In this document: piece after piece, positions 24,200 through 36,966 of the stretch
Layout: the number at the start of each line of letters is the position of its first letter
How positions within the stretch are numbered: the first letter of the stretch is position 1
Position numbers and translations under genes: made by a program
The notes under the pieces: generated by a model
Database searches by the model: none
Told to the model about the DNA's origin: nothing
Seen by the model: the letters and a program-made list of their open reading frames with translations, nothing else
Assembly (NCBI GenBank): GCA_965287045.1
Contig: OZ336874.1
Location: forward strand, 85,312,001 to 85,376,000
Source: Carcharhinus amblyrhynchos
Lineage: Eukaryota
Direction of reading: 5' to 3'
Length of the DNA: 64,000 nt

Positions 24200-25800
24200 T
24201 GATAAACATGATGAAGAGGTAGTAGTAAAACTTGAGTAGATATCGAGACATTTTTGGACATTCGAACAATACAGAACTATTTGTCCTTGTACAGTCCCTC
24301 AGTTCATGTTTTGCAGGTGCGTTGCCTTGTCAAATGCTCCTGTGCAATATTCCCAAATGATTGCAGCGTGGCTGGTGGAAGACAGTTGATGTTTAGTTGG
24401 GGAGACTCCAGATTACCTTGCAGAATCAAACAACTCTGGACCTTGAGGTCTTGTTTGGATCTTATCACCACATCTTGAGGGGTAGCAACCTGGGTTGGTT
24501 GGTTAACAATAGCAAGTTGAAGAGCACTGATTGAGTGGCAATAATAGGAGTGCAGATGCTGTCCTTTTGAGAAATTATTGCGTGATGGAATGAGAGATTA
24601 TTGGACTGCTGTAAGAGCATACATTGCCCCATTAAACACTGGTACTTTAAATCATGAGTTGTCTGAACCCACTTAGCTTCAAGTTGGGCTTACATGGCAA
24701 CAAGCATAGATCTCATGACCTCTGTCTGAGCTTCTACTTCAGTACTTAGACAAAAGGTAGCTTTGCCTTCCGGTCAATAGAAGCTGAGCTGTCAGCCATC
24801 ATATTTGGGTCTGTATCACAGCTGTGTCCACAAATGTTGTCATAGAGTTGGCAAACACTCCCACTTTGGAAAGGAGGGACTCTAAGCTCTGCATGAAACC
24901 CTTTGCCAAGTTAGAGCTGGGCTCATTCATGCTCTTCGCCAGTGACAACATGTTCCGTGGCAAGCCTACTAAGTGCACCAAGCACCTTGTTGCACATGCT
25001 CATCAGTTTTCTCCATTACACAGCTCCATTAACGTTATTTCAGTCCTCTGCTGCAGAGTTCATCTGAACCTTCGCCCATTATGGGCTGGCACATTTGCTA
25101 TCCCTTCTGTGACTTGGCGACAGCCCACTTGTACCTGGGATTCACCACGTGGAGATTTTGCTTCTATGCTTTGCTCTAAAGTCAATATTTGAGTGGGTGG
25201 CTGTTGGAGCTAAATTAAGTGATGGTGTTCATTCATCAGAATTGGGTTCTTGCTGAGGCCCTTCAGTCTAAAGCTACATCGGCTGGTCAAGTGGCAGATC
25301 TTAGATATTTGAAACAAAAATGCAGATGGCAAGGTTGAGATGATGGAGGAAGAATGAATGGAAAGTAAAATGACCACATTCATGCAATCTGAACCGTGCA
25401 TTTCATGCCAAATATTGAAGTAGCATTTGGGATGGTGCACTAAAAAGGAACATACCAAAATCTTGGATATTTTCAGGACACCAATTATAATGGTCTCAGT
25501 CACTGTTGACCCATTAGCCTGCAGAACTGCTTCTGTAAGGGCTCAAGCGATGCCGGCAAGCTTGTTTCCCGTCAGATTTCTGTTGCAGCCTCCTGCTTTG
25601 TGTGAACCTGTCCTGCAAGAGAGAGGAAACCGTCAGTGGATATTTTGCAAAATGTTTATGTGATGTACTTGTACTGGTTAAATAGTTGAACTATGTGGAA
25701 GTTGCAAGATCTGCCTTGAGGGTCTCCTGGCCTCCTGAAGAAGTCCTCCTTTTTACATCCGGGGCTGAGGCTTCCAGCATTGCATCGGAGAAGCTAGGAA
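24200..25800 (-). mobile_element. Possible highly decayed non-LTR retrotransposon, clade uncertain (Vingi/I-like?)
   Basis: Only weak motif-like remnants, such as PTNPG...R.RSRV near 24430-24500; no clear RT catalytic motif. Confidence 0.2.
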
Positions 25801-25974
25801 CCATATATTTGGCCTTCTGTTCTATTGACAGCCTTAGGGTGTGACCTTACTGCTGTTCATGCCACGCTTCTGCTGCAGTGAGGTTGGAGAATTTGGCGAT
25901 CAGCCAAATCTCCAGTCACTGCGGCAGGATGGGTAAACTCTGCTGTCATGAATGGTGGTAAGATTCCAGATTCT

Positions 25975-26310
25975 TTTGCTGAAACACTTTTGGAGACAGT
26001 TCCATCAGTGGCGAAATACAGAACTAGGGGACAAATAAAGGACCTCCCATTTAAGATGAAGAACAGGGTGAAATTCTACTTTCAGAGAATCACTAATTTT
26101 TGGAATTCTCTACCTCACAAAGCACTGGTGACTGAGTCGATAAAAATATGAAAAGCCGAGTTAGACAATTTCTTGATCCCTAAGGGAGTCAAGGAGTTTG
26201 GTGATAGGTGGGAAGGTGAAGTTAATGCCAAATCACATCAGTCATAAACTTTTATTAAATGGCAAAGCAGACACGATGGGCCAGATGGCCTACTCCTGTT
26301 CTTATTTTAC
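25975..26310 (+). mobile_element. CR1 3' fragment
   Basis: RTRGQ...FQRITNFWNSLPHKA remnant and GATGGGCCAGATGGCCTACTCCTGTTCTTAT tail. Confidence 0.8.
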
Positions 26311-27005
26311 ATGGGAACATAAGAATTTTGGAGCAGAAGTAAGCAAATTCAGCCCTTTGAGCCTGCACCACCATTCAATCAGATCATGGCTGATCTCTCC
26401 CTGGTCTCAAATCCCCTTACCCACCTGTTCCCCTTATCCCTTTTTCTCTTTTCTTTAATTAGAAATATGTCTATCAGCTCCTGAAATCATTCAACGATTC
26501 ACACTTCACCATGATATGGGGCAGCCCTTTCCACAAACACACTATCCTTTGCAAGAAATAGTTCCTCCTCATCTCAGTTTTAAATCTTTTAAAGTTTTTC
26601 AAAGTTTATTTATTAGTTACAAGTAAGGCTTACATTAACACTGCAATGAAGTTACTGCGAAATTCCCCTAGGTGCCACACTCCAGTGCCTTTTCAGGTCA
26701 GGACAACAGCGCATCTTTCAGATCGTGGGAGGAAACTGGGGCACCTGGAGGAAGCCCATCCAGGCACAGGTGCAAATTCCACAAAGGTAGTGACTCAAAC
26801 TGGGAATCGAACCCAGGTCCCTAGTGCTGTGAGGCAGCAGTGCTAAACCACTGTGCCACCATGCTGCCCTGCCTCTACCAGTTCTCAACCTATACTTGCG
26901 GTGTCCTGTTCTAGATTGCATCATAAGAGGAAACATTTGGTCTACATTTACTTTATGAATCCTTTATAAAATTTTATATACCTCAATCAGATCCTCTCTT
27001 ACTTT
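26311..27005 (-). mobile_element. CR1 3' fragment, tail-to-tail with the previous copy and split by a V-SINE
   Basis: GAACATAAGAA tail and GAGCCTGCACCACCATTCAATCAGATCATGGCTGATCT; CR1 similarity resumes after 26870. Confidence 0.8.
26588..26869 (-). mobile_element. V-SINE, tail type B
   Basis: Minus strand head GGGCAGCATGGTGGCACAGTGG (A box) and GGTTCGATTCCC (B box), V-core, tail B. Confidence 0.9.
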
Positions 27006-29119
27006 TTTAAACCGGTGTTACTGTTCTTTGACATACTCATAATGCTCACCACAATAACACACTCAAAAATCTATTTTTTAGAGCATCTCTGGCACGTCAA
27101 TGCGGAAAGGTACAGATTCTCACCTGGCTTTGAATTCCTGTGTAGCGTGAAGAGAAAAGGTGAGGCAGTTGATCGAGAGGTGCAGATCGAATACAGGGAG
27201 ACGAGCTGAACTTTACATAAATGCCTCAAGAAGTGACATTTGGGCAAAGTTCTGATTCTGCTCGTAAACTAACACTTATCCGCAACACAGACACTTTTAA
27301 TTTCATCAACGCTGGTTTGTGACGGATGAAAGACATCAAGCCATTTGTAAGTTAACTCTTTTCTCCCATACCTGACTGCAGAATCTCTTTTGCTTTTCAA
27401 CCATTCATTTGGCTGGATGTTGTGAATGCTGGATGCTGTCAGAAGCCTGTTCTTGCCGCAAGTGGATCAGATGATGAGGCATTGTGGTCTGAGTTGTTTG
27501 CCACAACAGTGGCTTGCTTTGTTTCTGGAGTAGTCATTAACTGAGATGAGACCAATGCGTTGTGGGTGCTATCACTCACCCCTTGCCTTAAGGCAGATGG
27601 TTTGAATTGGGCCTCTTTCACAGTCAGGAAAAAAACATATGGAGAGTGTCACCCAGTTGGTATATACTGGAGTAAAGTTATCACCGCTCCTGTCAACTTA
27701 TTATGGATTGGAACAGTTCTTGCACATTAACTCTTTGAGGACTATTACTTGTTTAACTCTGAGAAGCGCAGTGACATTTCTGCATCGAATCAGAAATGTT
27801 ACAAGGCATATTTTTTATTGCATAAATTCCCAAGGTTTTGTTGGCAGTCCCAGCAGGAAGGAATTTGGAGGATGGGGAGGATGTTGGGATGTGTGGCAGG
27901 GAGGTCAAACAATGCTGTTAGGGATACCATCAGGTAGCAGTAGGAATTTTCCTGTGAACTTTAAGGAACTGAAGTTTTGGGTGGGACTGGATCATTTAGG
28001 ATGGGACTTGGAGGGAGTAAATGCAGTGGAGTTGAAACACCCAAGGTGAGCCTGAGAGGAGGATGTTTCAGAACTTGAAGATTCAGGATGATGGACCTTG
28101 GACAAGCCAGAGATTAAGCAGAGCGAATAAAATGCCTAAAGTGGAGAATTAAGGAGGGAGGGAATGTGAAATTATCCTGACAACTGAAAGTGGCTTGATT
28201 ACACTTCCCCCTGTCCTGAACATTTTGATTTATCTGTCATTATGTGGTTAGTGTGAATTAACATTGGGTTTTGATTAGTATATGGCATCACACATTAGCG
28301 ACTTGCCACAATATTACAATGCAATATTACAAAGGCTAGATTTTAAATTATATAAATTTGTCAAAGGAAACTGAATCAGAAACTACCATTTGTTTGCATT
28401 GTTTCAATGATATTTTGATGCACACCATCGAGGTGTTGAAAATAATCATTTTTATATTATTCTATAAAATAAAAAGTGCAAATATAATAACTATCATGCA
28501 TCAACCATCCTAACACGCACACTCACCAGTACACTGCTTAAGACTTAATCATGCAACTTTAGCATAGGGGTTGTATGATACTTCAACATAGTTATGTTGC
28601 ACTGGTGGCCTGAGAACAATAACTGTAGAGATTTAAATATTTTACTGCAAATCTCACTCTGCTAGTCGGGGAGAGTGCTGTCCATGTGCAAACAGCACAG
28701 CAGCCAATAATGTTTTTTATTGGGCAGTTGGGAATATCCAGTTAGGCTGCCTAAGTTTGTATTAGGCTCAGTTTCATGCTACACTAAGTTCTATTTCATA
28801 TGGTGCTGAATCCAAATTGTGGGGAGCAGCATTCTCATGGGAACTTCGTATTGCTCAATTTGTATGCATTGTGCAATGAAAAGAGGACCCAATTCTGATG
28901 CCATGCTGCTACTTAGTCATCAATGCATATGCACTCAAAACTGTTGCAAATTGGCATAGAAGTGACAGAAAAACTGCATCTTAATAAACATGTCATGTCC
29001 AGATGGTGGATGTTTGACTGATGCTCCTTAATATGTGAACCGAATTTAAAACCTACGTTAGTCACAATTCTGCTATTTTCCATTTACACCGATTCGAGAT
29101 CCAATTTTTGTTTCTTTTA

Positions 29120-29530
29120 CTTATCTCACAACCATCTCTTTCTTCCTTGTACCACCACCCTCTTGGTTACTTCTGCCTTCCACTTCATCAAAGACCTTCC
29201 CTTTTGTCCGTCCCTGTCCTCTCCACTCCGGACTTGCTTCAGTTACCCCCCTAACTCCTTCAACATCTGACAAAAGATCATCAACATGGGATGTTGGGCA
29301 GGATTCTCCAATCTTGTCCATTCCCATCCTGCTGCCAGTGAGAATGGAGAATTTGGTGCTCAGCCAAAACTCCATTCGCTGCAGCGGCACTGGAGAATCC
29401 CAGTCGCGGCCAAAGTTGGAGGTTTTCGATGGTTAACTCTGCTTTTCTCTCCAAATATGCTGTCTGACCTGCTGAGTATATCCAACATTCTCAGCCTTTT
29501 TTTTCAGATTTCAAAATTTCACAGTTTTTT
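29120..29530 (+). mobile_element. Penelope-like terminal repeat remnant with decayed hammerhead, split by a MITE
   Basis: CTGACAAAAGATCATCAACATGGGATGTT / AACTCT followed by TGCTGTCTGACCTGCTGAGTATATCCAACATT. Family assignment is from recall of shark repeats and was not verified. Confidence 0.45.
29296..29431. mobile_element. Palindromic MITE, family M2, with 3-bp TSD GTT
   Basis: Central hairpin GAATGGAGAATTTGG-TGCTCAG-CCAAAACTCCATTC; GTT at 29293-29295 and 29432-29434; related copy at about 25860-25968. Confidence 0.65.
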
Positions 29531-30124
29531 TTTCAACAATCTTTTATTTTAAAGTTAAGACAATGATCTTGAATTTGCAAAGCTCATACTTTCGGATTAT
29601 TTCAGATTTCACCGAATTCTAGAGTGGTCACAGCACAGAAAAGGGGACATTTAGACTGCTGTTTCCATGCCTGCCCTCTGCAAGGACAAGTCTGCTCTTC
29701 ACATACCCCTGCTTTTTCCTGTAGCCATTCAAATCCTTCCTATTGAGATAAATATCCAATACCCTTTTGGAAACTATGAATAAGTTGCCTTCCTTCCAAC
29801 ATCTCCAGGATTCTATTTCTGCCCTTTCGCACTGAGTATCCCTTACTTAGTGTAACTGTTCTATTGGATGGTTTCATTGTGCACCTCTGAATATCTCTCA
29901 CTTCATTCATTTGTAAGAAATGTCTCACTGATTGCTTTCACCTCCATCAAATTTCACTTATTTAGAATGACAGTCACTGATATTCATTTAAAAAGTAACA
30001 TACTTTGAAGTGGCTCACCTTTTTATTCAATAAATCTCACAATTTTATAAATGATATGTCTACTTGAAAGCTTTTCCCTTCCTGATCCATGCCCTTGATT
30101 TGCAAGCTTTTGAATGTTTAAGAT

Positions 30125-30640
30125 GCTTTCTCAGATGTGGGCATTTCTGGCTAGGCCAGCATGTATTGTTTATCCCTAATTGCCCTTGAGAAGTGGTGGT
30201 GAGCAGTCTTCTTGAACCACTGCATTTAATGTGCTACAGGTACACCCACAGTACTGTTCGGGAGGGAGGTCTATGATTTTGACCCAGTGATGGGTGAAGG
30301 AATTGTGATATATTTCCAAGTCAGGATGGTGAGTGGTTTGGAGGGGAACTTGTGTTCCCATGTATCTGCTGCCCTTGTCTTTCCAGGTGGTAGAGGTGAC
30401 AGGTTTGGTAGCTGCTGTAGAAGGAGTTTTGGTGAGTCGCCACAGTGGACCTTGTAGATGGTACAACAGGCTTCCACAGTTTGTCAGTAGAGGAAGGCAT
30501 GAATGTTTAAAATGGCAGATGGGTTCCAATTTGGAAGGCTGTTTTGTGTTGGATGCTATCAAACTCCTTGAGTGTTGCACGGATCTAGGTAAGTAGAGAT
30601 CATTCCACTCCACTCCTGAGTTGTACCCTGTAGGTGGTAG
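30125..30640 (-). mobile_element. LINE 3' end (second CR1/L2-group family; shares its tail with group B SINEs)
   Basis: Homologous to 61555-61880 (FPSKPLTILTWKYI versus FPSKPHTILTWNYI); tail AAGGGCAATTAGGGAT...ATGCTGGCCTAGCCAG. Confidence 0.8.
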
Positions 30641-31099
30641 ATGTCATGTTTTGATAATAATAAAAGGCAACAATCATTCATTAATGATTGGATAAATATG
30701 TTTTCAATTCATTTATTGAAACTAGGCATATGAGAACATATATACATAGGTAGAAAACATGAAGATATCAGCAGAGCTGTGTGATGTGTTCTGCTCACAG
30801 GCTAAAAATAAAATTGAGGCTGGATCACTTGACATATCCCTTAAAGGCATCTCACAACAGTGGACAGTATTTTGGAAGCCAAAAGGTGAGATATATCTTG
30901 CAGAATTCTTAGCCTCTAACCTGCTCTTGTAGCCACAGTGTGTCCAACAAACTACTCTTCTAAACTGTGTCACAATTAATTTGTAAATGAATGCCAAAAT
31001 TAAAATTAACTTCTTGACTTCTTGTGTACCTACAAGGTATTCTTCCTAGAATGGTACAGCTATGCTGTCACTCCTTCCATACACCAATTAAGAGGCATC

Positions 31100-31760
31100 A
31101 ACACTTTCACAGAATTACATACAGTGTTCAATGCAGAAATATGCCTTCCAGCCTCATGGATCCACTATTTACACTCTATATAAGCCTTCTTCCACCCTTC
31201 TTCATCTAATCTGATCAACGCAACCTTTCTCTGTCATGTGGTTGTTTAGCTCAATATTGTGATGTATTGGGTACCATTCCTGCCTTTGAGTCAGAGGCTT
31301 TGTCTTTGCATCCCAACTTGATAGCCAAAGAAGGTGCATTCATAATGTGACCAAATATATTGATTATCAACTTTCAACTCCTTTTTATGCAGACCATGTG
31401 ATGAAAAGAAGTTGGAGCCTCCTCCATCAGCATCCATAGCTGCAGACTATAAAATCATGTTGCCACAGCAACTTGGACTCCCTGAGTGATCTGTAGCACA
31501 CCACCATCAACAGTGTCAATGTTATTTGCCTCAGCTGTTCCATGCGGTAGCAAGTTCCTGCTTCTAATCATTCTTTAGGTAAAGAAGGGTCTTCTGAATT
31601 TGCTACTTGGCTTATTAGTGACTGTTTTATGTTTATGCCCTCGAGTTTTGGACCCTCCACAAGTGAAACATATTGCTCATTTCCAGCATTCATAATCTTA
31701 AAAATTTCTATCCAGTCACCCTCAGTCTTCTGCCTTATAAAAATTAGCATTGAATACTAA
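31100..31760 (-). mobile_element. Old CR1 3' fragment, probably with an inserted SINE-like segment (about 31250-31500)
   Basis: Remnant RQKTEGDWIEIFKIMN...SLVEGPKLEG at 31568-31750; tail-like sequence near 31110. Confidence 0.5.
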
Positions 31761-33204
31761 CATCCAAAGTTCTGAGTTTTACAAGCTCTGAAAATGACGA
31801 TTTCCACTTCACTTCTTCCTCAGTGCTCCTTGGTGTTGCAGCTCTGTGCTGTGGAGTAAAAGGATGTAGATTTGCGTTTGCAATTCCTCATGTGCACTGT
31901 TGGAGACTTAGCTGAATTCCTAATGGGAAACAGAAAAAAGAAATCTGATGCTAAACTTATACTACGAATTTTGACCTTAGGCCAGTATCCTTAGACTATT
32001 GTCAGCTGAGTTTTTCTGTCAGCAGCACCTAACATAGAATTTAGAAATAAATGCAAATGTCTGTTTGGATAAACATATTGTGCACTGTTCCCTCATTTTT
32101 AATGATAGAAAAGCAGTGGTTGAGGGCATCCAATTTCACTTAGTCGTAGAAAAAGATCACAATGCTATTAGATTTTTAGCACTTGGCTTTGATGCACTTA
32201 GCAGTCAACTTCACAACACAACTGCCTCTTTCACATTGATGTACACTATAATTGTTTTATATTGATGCAACGGTAACAATCTAATACATTCAGAGATTTA
32301 GCATTCCTGCTGGGCTGACCTACTAATGGAAGAGTTATGGAGCAGAACCTTGATCTTCCTGTCGAGTAACAAGTGTACCCAATTCCAAATTTCAGGGATG
32401 GGGTCATTTATGTAATCAGGGTGGGCTGCCAAACAAGGCTGCTTCAGTGGTTCTTGGTCAATAACACAGAGCCGCTCACAGCCTCTTCACCGTAAGTTCC
32501 CTGAGGCCCTCCTAGGCCTAAGAAAACATAGAAAAGAATATTTTTTTCTCTGAAAGGAGCCATTTGCTGAGACAAACAAGGTAATCAATCCCATCTGGGA
32601 TCAATTGCCTTTGGCTGCAGAGCTCCTAGGTCCTTCAGCTGGTGAGGGTTCCACTGAAGCTTCATTAGGACATAGGGGGTTAGTAAAAGATCCAACAGCG
32701 TAACCAATATACATTCTGCTTTGCAACCTCCGGTCTGGAGATCTGCTAGCATTCTACCTTAACCATGATCACAACTCTGGCACTTCATTGTTTCTGTGTA
32801 TTTTCTCTTGGTTTATACTTCTTATCTTGGCTGAGGGAATTGTCAGGTGAGCTGCCTGCCATATGTGACTGGTTGAACTAAGAGCTGAGTTCATATGATG
32901 CTGTATTATCGCAGTGTAGTGAAAATCTATCACATTATAACATTCCAAAAAAGATGAATATTCTTAATGGAGTTCAGTAAGGTGTATTTTCACATGTCTC
33001 TAAACTAGAGCAGGATAAAAAGAAACAAATTATGAATAAATTGGTAATGAGCTCAGTCAACACTCTGAAACACACTTGTAATTCTAAGAATTTGTTCTGC
33101 AAATATTACAGAACATAGTCAGCCATCATTCAGCTACCAATGGAAAGCTTTACTGGGTAATGGTTATCAGAGCATGCACGATAATTTGTGATGTTACCTC
33201 TATA

Positions 33205-33360
33205 GATATAGTTCTTAGGACTAAAGGGATCAAGCGATATGGGGGTGGGGTGGGGAGGCAGGATCAGGATATTGAATTTTGACGATCAGCCATGATTAAA
33301 ATGAATGGGGAAGTAGGTTCAAAGGGGCTGCTCCTGCTTCTGTTTTCTATGTTTCTATGT
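33205..33360 (+). mobile_element. CR1 3' UTR fragment
   Basis: AAAGGGATCAAGCGATATGGGG...CAGGATATTGAATTTTGACGATCAGCCATG...TTTCTATGTTTCTATG tail. Confidence 0.85.
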
Positions 33361-34009
33361 TACCAATACTCAACAAAAGAGCAATTAAAGCATGCCAAAG
33401 AATATGAAGCGAGTATCTGAAGGGAGTTTATATGTACCTGTAAATAGTAGCTTTGTGGGAAAAAATCTTCCACAAAGCTCCATTGGATTTTGACATCACT
33501 CTTCTGATTTTGTGAAGTCCACACAACCTCACTGGCAGATTTTGAATGTATAACTATTAGACGGGCTTGTAAAGAATCAGGTTGGAGAGCTACTAAGAAG
33601 GGAGGGATTGTGCGTACAGAATAATTGCATGATGTAGGCCACTGTTACATAGTGTTACACTTATTAGCTTCCTCGGTTTACTCTAGACATCAAATGATAA
33701 TCATCCTTGTTGCTTTTGTTGGAAGTGTCTGAAATTACACTTAACCACTTTGCTGGGTTGCTATGTGTAATCAAACATTCTGATGAGTGTTTAGATTATT
33801 TCATGGCACAATCATGTTTCCACACCATTTATTTGTTGTAGGACTGATGTGTTTTTTTTCTAAATTTGTTAAAGTCTTAGCTGAGCTTGAACTGTTTATT
33901 GTCCTTTGATTAACACAGATGGACCATACACTTTGCTCACTTTTCTGAAGGGAAGAGTCTACACCAACAGAAGTTTCAATATAGGGTGGAATCTTTTGTT
34001 CTGGAGACT

Positions 34010-34137
34010 AACGGCAGGAATTTCCAGCTGTGTCCGCCCCAAAATTGGAAAATCCAGTCTGAGGTCAATAGACCTTTGTATGGTCTGCACCTCACCTGCT
34101 ACGATTCCCATGGCAGGCAGGATGGGAAAATTCCCCC
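34010..34137 (+). mobile_element. MITE family M1
   Basis: Shares GAAAATCC...GAGGTCAA...TGGTC...CGATTCCC core with the other M1 copies. Confidence 0.65.
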
Positions 34138-34833
34138 TTAAATGTGATGCTGGGTGGGAAATTCCACACTATTCCTGCTGGGGGGGTAGGGTGGGTTCTC
34201 GTGGCAGAGCTTCTACTTTTCATGTTATTATTATGCATCAACAAGGGGATCATTAAATCTCATGGCAGGGTGAACACTGATCTGCCTGTCCCACTGTTAC
34301 CTCAGAGGGTCAAAGATCCTGTGCCAAAAATTAAACGGCACCCACACAAACATTCATTCTCTGTGGCGAGTTGTGTTAGGAACTTATTGTCCATGACGCC
34401 TAGATGAACAAAACCCTCTACTCCAGAATTCAGCGAGACATTGCTGGAGAGACCCCTCCAGGTTGACTAGGACAGCAGAAGGTAGTCATCCAACATGGCC
34501 ATGCCATCCTGGGAGGAGGCCACCGGTGAGGTCAGTACCTGTGGTCCCCAAAAATAAATTGCCCTGTGAATGATCTCATCTGGTCTGCCAGCATAGGTGA
34601 GCCATCTCCTCACTCCAAACTCATGCTCTCAGCAGGACATTCCATCATTCAAAGGGTTACAGTCCACAGGGATGTCGCATACTCCCAGCAAATGCGACAT
34701 CAGCACTGATTGTTTTACAGCTAATTTAACTTTGCCATCTCTGTACAATCCTGCACAAATGGCATCTTATTAATATATAGATGAGAAGCAGGCCCTCAAA
34801 CATGTCAGTCATTCATGAAGACCACATTCCCAT

Positions 34834-35082
34834 TATTATAATGTGAAATAATACGATGAGGAAGCCTTAATTCACAATGATCATTTATTGAACGATAGTG
34901 ATAACTACATACAGACAAGCTCAGTACAGGTCTAGTCCCACCTGCTCCCAGGCTCACATTGCATGTTCCACCTACCTGGACCTGCCCCCTATAGGCTGAG
35001 GTTCACACCCTCCATTCTGATAGGCCCAGGAGGGTCATGTGTCCACAAATGAGAGACTCCTTAGAGAAGTCATAAAATTACA
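34834..35082 (-). repeat. Gypsy 3' LTR
   Basis: Begins TGTAAT on minus immediately after the polypurine tract AAGGAGGAGAAA (35094-35083). Confidence 0.85.
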
Positions 35083-36065
35083 TTTCTCCTCCTTAACTTC
35101 CCTTACAAAAAAACTCATATACAATTGCATACAGTCATAGCAGACTCTCCAGAATGCTGGCCAGTCGGCAAAGTTCATAAGTCAATCAATTTGGGGATTT
35201 CTGAACTTTTGCAGACCGTTGCATCTCCGTTACTGGGTTCTCCAGGCTGGAGGTATCAGAGTCTACAACAATGGTTGGTGTGTTGACAAATTCCAGTTTT
35301 GAGCTGGGGTTGATGCCTTCCTCCTCTGTTTACGCTGACAGACGAGGCCCTCCTTGGGAAACATTTGGTTCTGCTGGTGCCAAGTCGGCAGCAGACACAC
35401 TAGAAATTACTTCTGGATCTAGATCACTGGACGGAAGGCTCTACTGCATTTAGCAATTCTCACTATGGCTCACTACACTGTATTTCTTTCTCTTTTCCTG
35501 GCCAATACATGTAGCTCTTGGCCAACATCTTCATCTTGGGCTACACAGGATGTGCGCCTTGCAGCTCCTGAAGAAGTGGCTGTCGCCCGGGGGGGGGGGG
35601 GGTGGGGATGGTACTATCACTTGACTCCCCCACAAAAGCACCCCATCTTCACACCTAATATCACTCCTACAAGTGCAAGTTGGACCAGATTTGTTCGGAT
35701 TTGTCCAAATGCCAGCTGGTTAAAACTATTCTTTTAACCTTTGATAGAACTGAGTCGCTCCGGGTCTATGTCTTGATGTGGGCCAATAAAATGGGCAGAA
35801 TGTCGGAAAAATTCAAAGCATAGACAATCTCCTGTCATACTGGAGGTGAAGATACTGTCCCTGGAGGTGAAAGCTGACTTAGAGCATTGGCATTGGAGAT
35901 CTGTGCCCCTGGTTTGTGTTGAAAAGTGTAACTACAAGCAGCTAAAAGTAAGACCCATCCTTGTACGCTGACTGGGTTATCTTTGCAGAGCAGCCCTAGT
36001 AATGGTTTGTGGTCCGAGATGATGGTGAAGTGGCGGCATAAACATATTGGTGGAATTTCTTGAAA

Positions 36066-36966
36066 TCAGGAGGGCAGGTCCTCCCATCTGACTGTGCTGC
36101 TTTTGTTGTGTTGCCAGCCGAGAGACACAAGCAGTGGCTGTTTACTGGGTTTCCTGCTGGGTGCCATAGCCTCGCTGGCTATCGGATTTCCAGCATCGTC
36201 AGCCAGAAATCAGCACAGAGCTGCATAAATTATTAAAATCAAAATTTGCATCTGAATAGCAAGCACAGGACTGAAGTCTTTCCCACCTCCCCCCACCCCC
36301 ATGTCACCAATGGGGTTTACAATAGCTCCCACTAATGGAGACCCCAACCCTGCTGAAGTGAAGGGTGGCATGTAGGCATCCCAGGAGATCATGGGGCAAG
36401 GGATGTGCCCCCTGGATATTGCCAGCTTGGCAGTGCCAACCTGCCTCCCCAGCACTGCCCAAAGGGCAAAGTGGTAATGCCAAGGGGCACCTTGGCACTT
36501 CCCTCCTGGCATTAGGCAGGGACAGAGATTTGGGAATGCGAGGCTGGATTGGGGCTGCCAGTGGGAGGGTGGGGAAGATCGAAGCAGGTGGGAAGGAGTG
36601 TCGAAGCTGGCCTGGACACATCCAGGAGGCCAGCTATTGGGGCGTGGGAAGGGTCGGAGGCAGCATTGCAGCATAGCAGGTTGGCCAGCGATTGAGCTGG
36701 ACAGCGATTGGGAAGCCAGCAGTGCAGGGCTACTGCTCATGTGCCCGCCTCAGCACTGACAGATCAGCGCATGCTCAATGGCCTGCTGAGTGCTATGCTG
36801 CCAACCTCTCCAGCTCACTTTTTTAAATGAGATTCACGCTAGAGCACTCTGCAGTACATATTGTGGGAGATTCATTTAGAAAATGCCACTGGAAAAACAA
36901 ACGTGATTTACTCCAGTTTTTAAGTGGATTTGACATTTAGAATTTTTTTGGGAGAATTCCACCCCA
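36066..36966. mobile_element. GC-rich non-autonomous DNA-transposon-like element inserted in Gypsy RNase H
   Basis: Splits ESLAIRYGV from KKFHQY. Right end TTGGGAGAATTCCACCCC and internal GGCAGTGCC/GGCACT repeats are shared with 56125-57256. Confidence 0.7.

Noticed and set aside
36210-36740. GC-rich ORFs of 95-176 aa here and at 56432-57177
   Set aside because: They arise from stop-poor GC-rich repeat interiors; overlapping frames on both strands with no domain signal.
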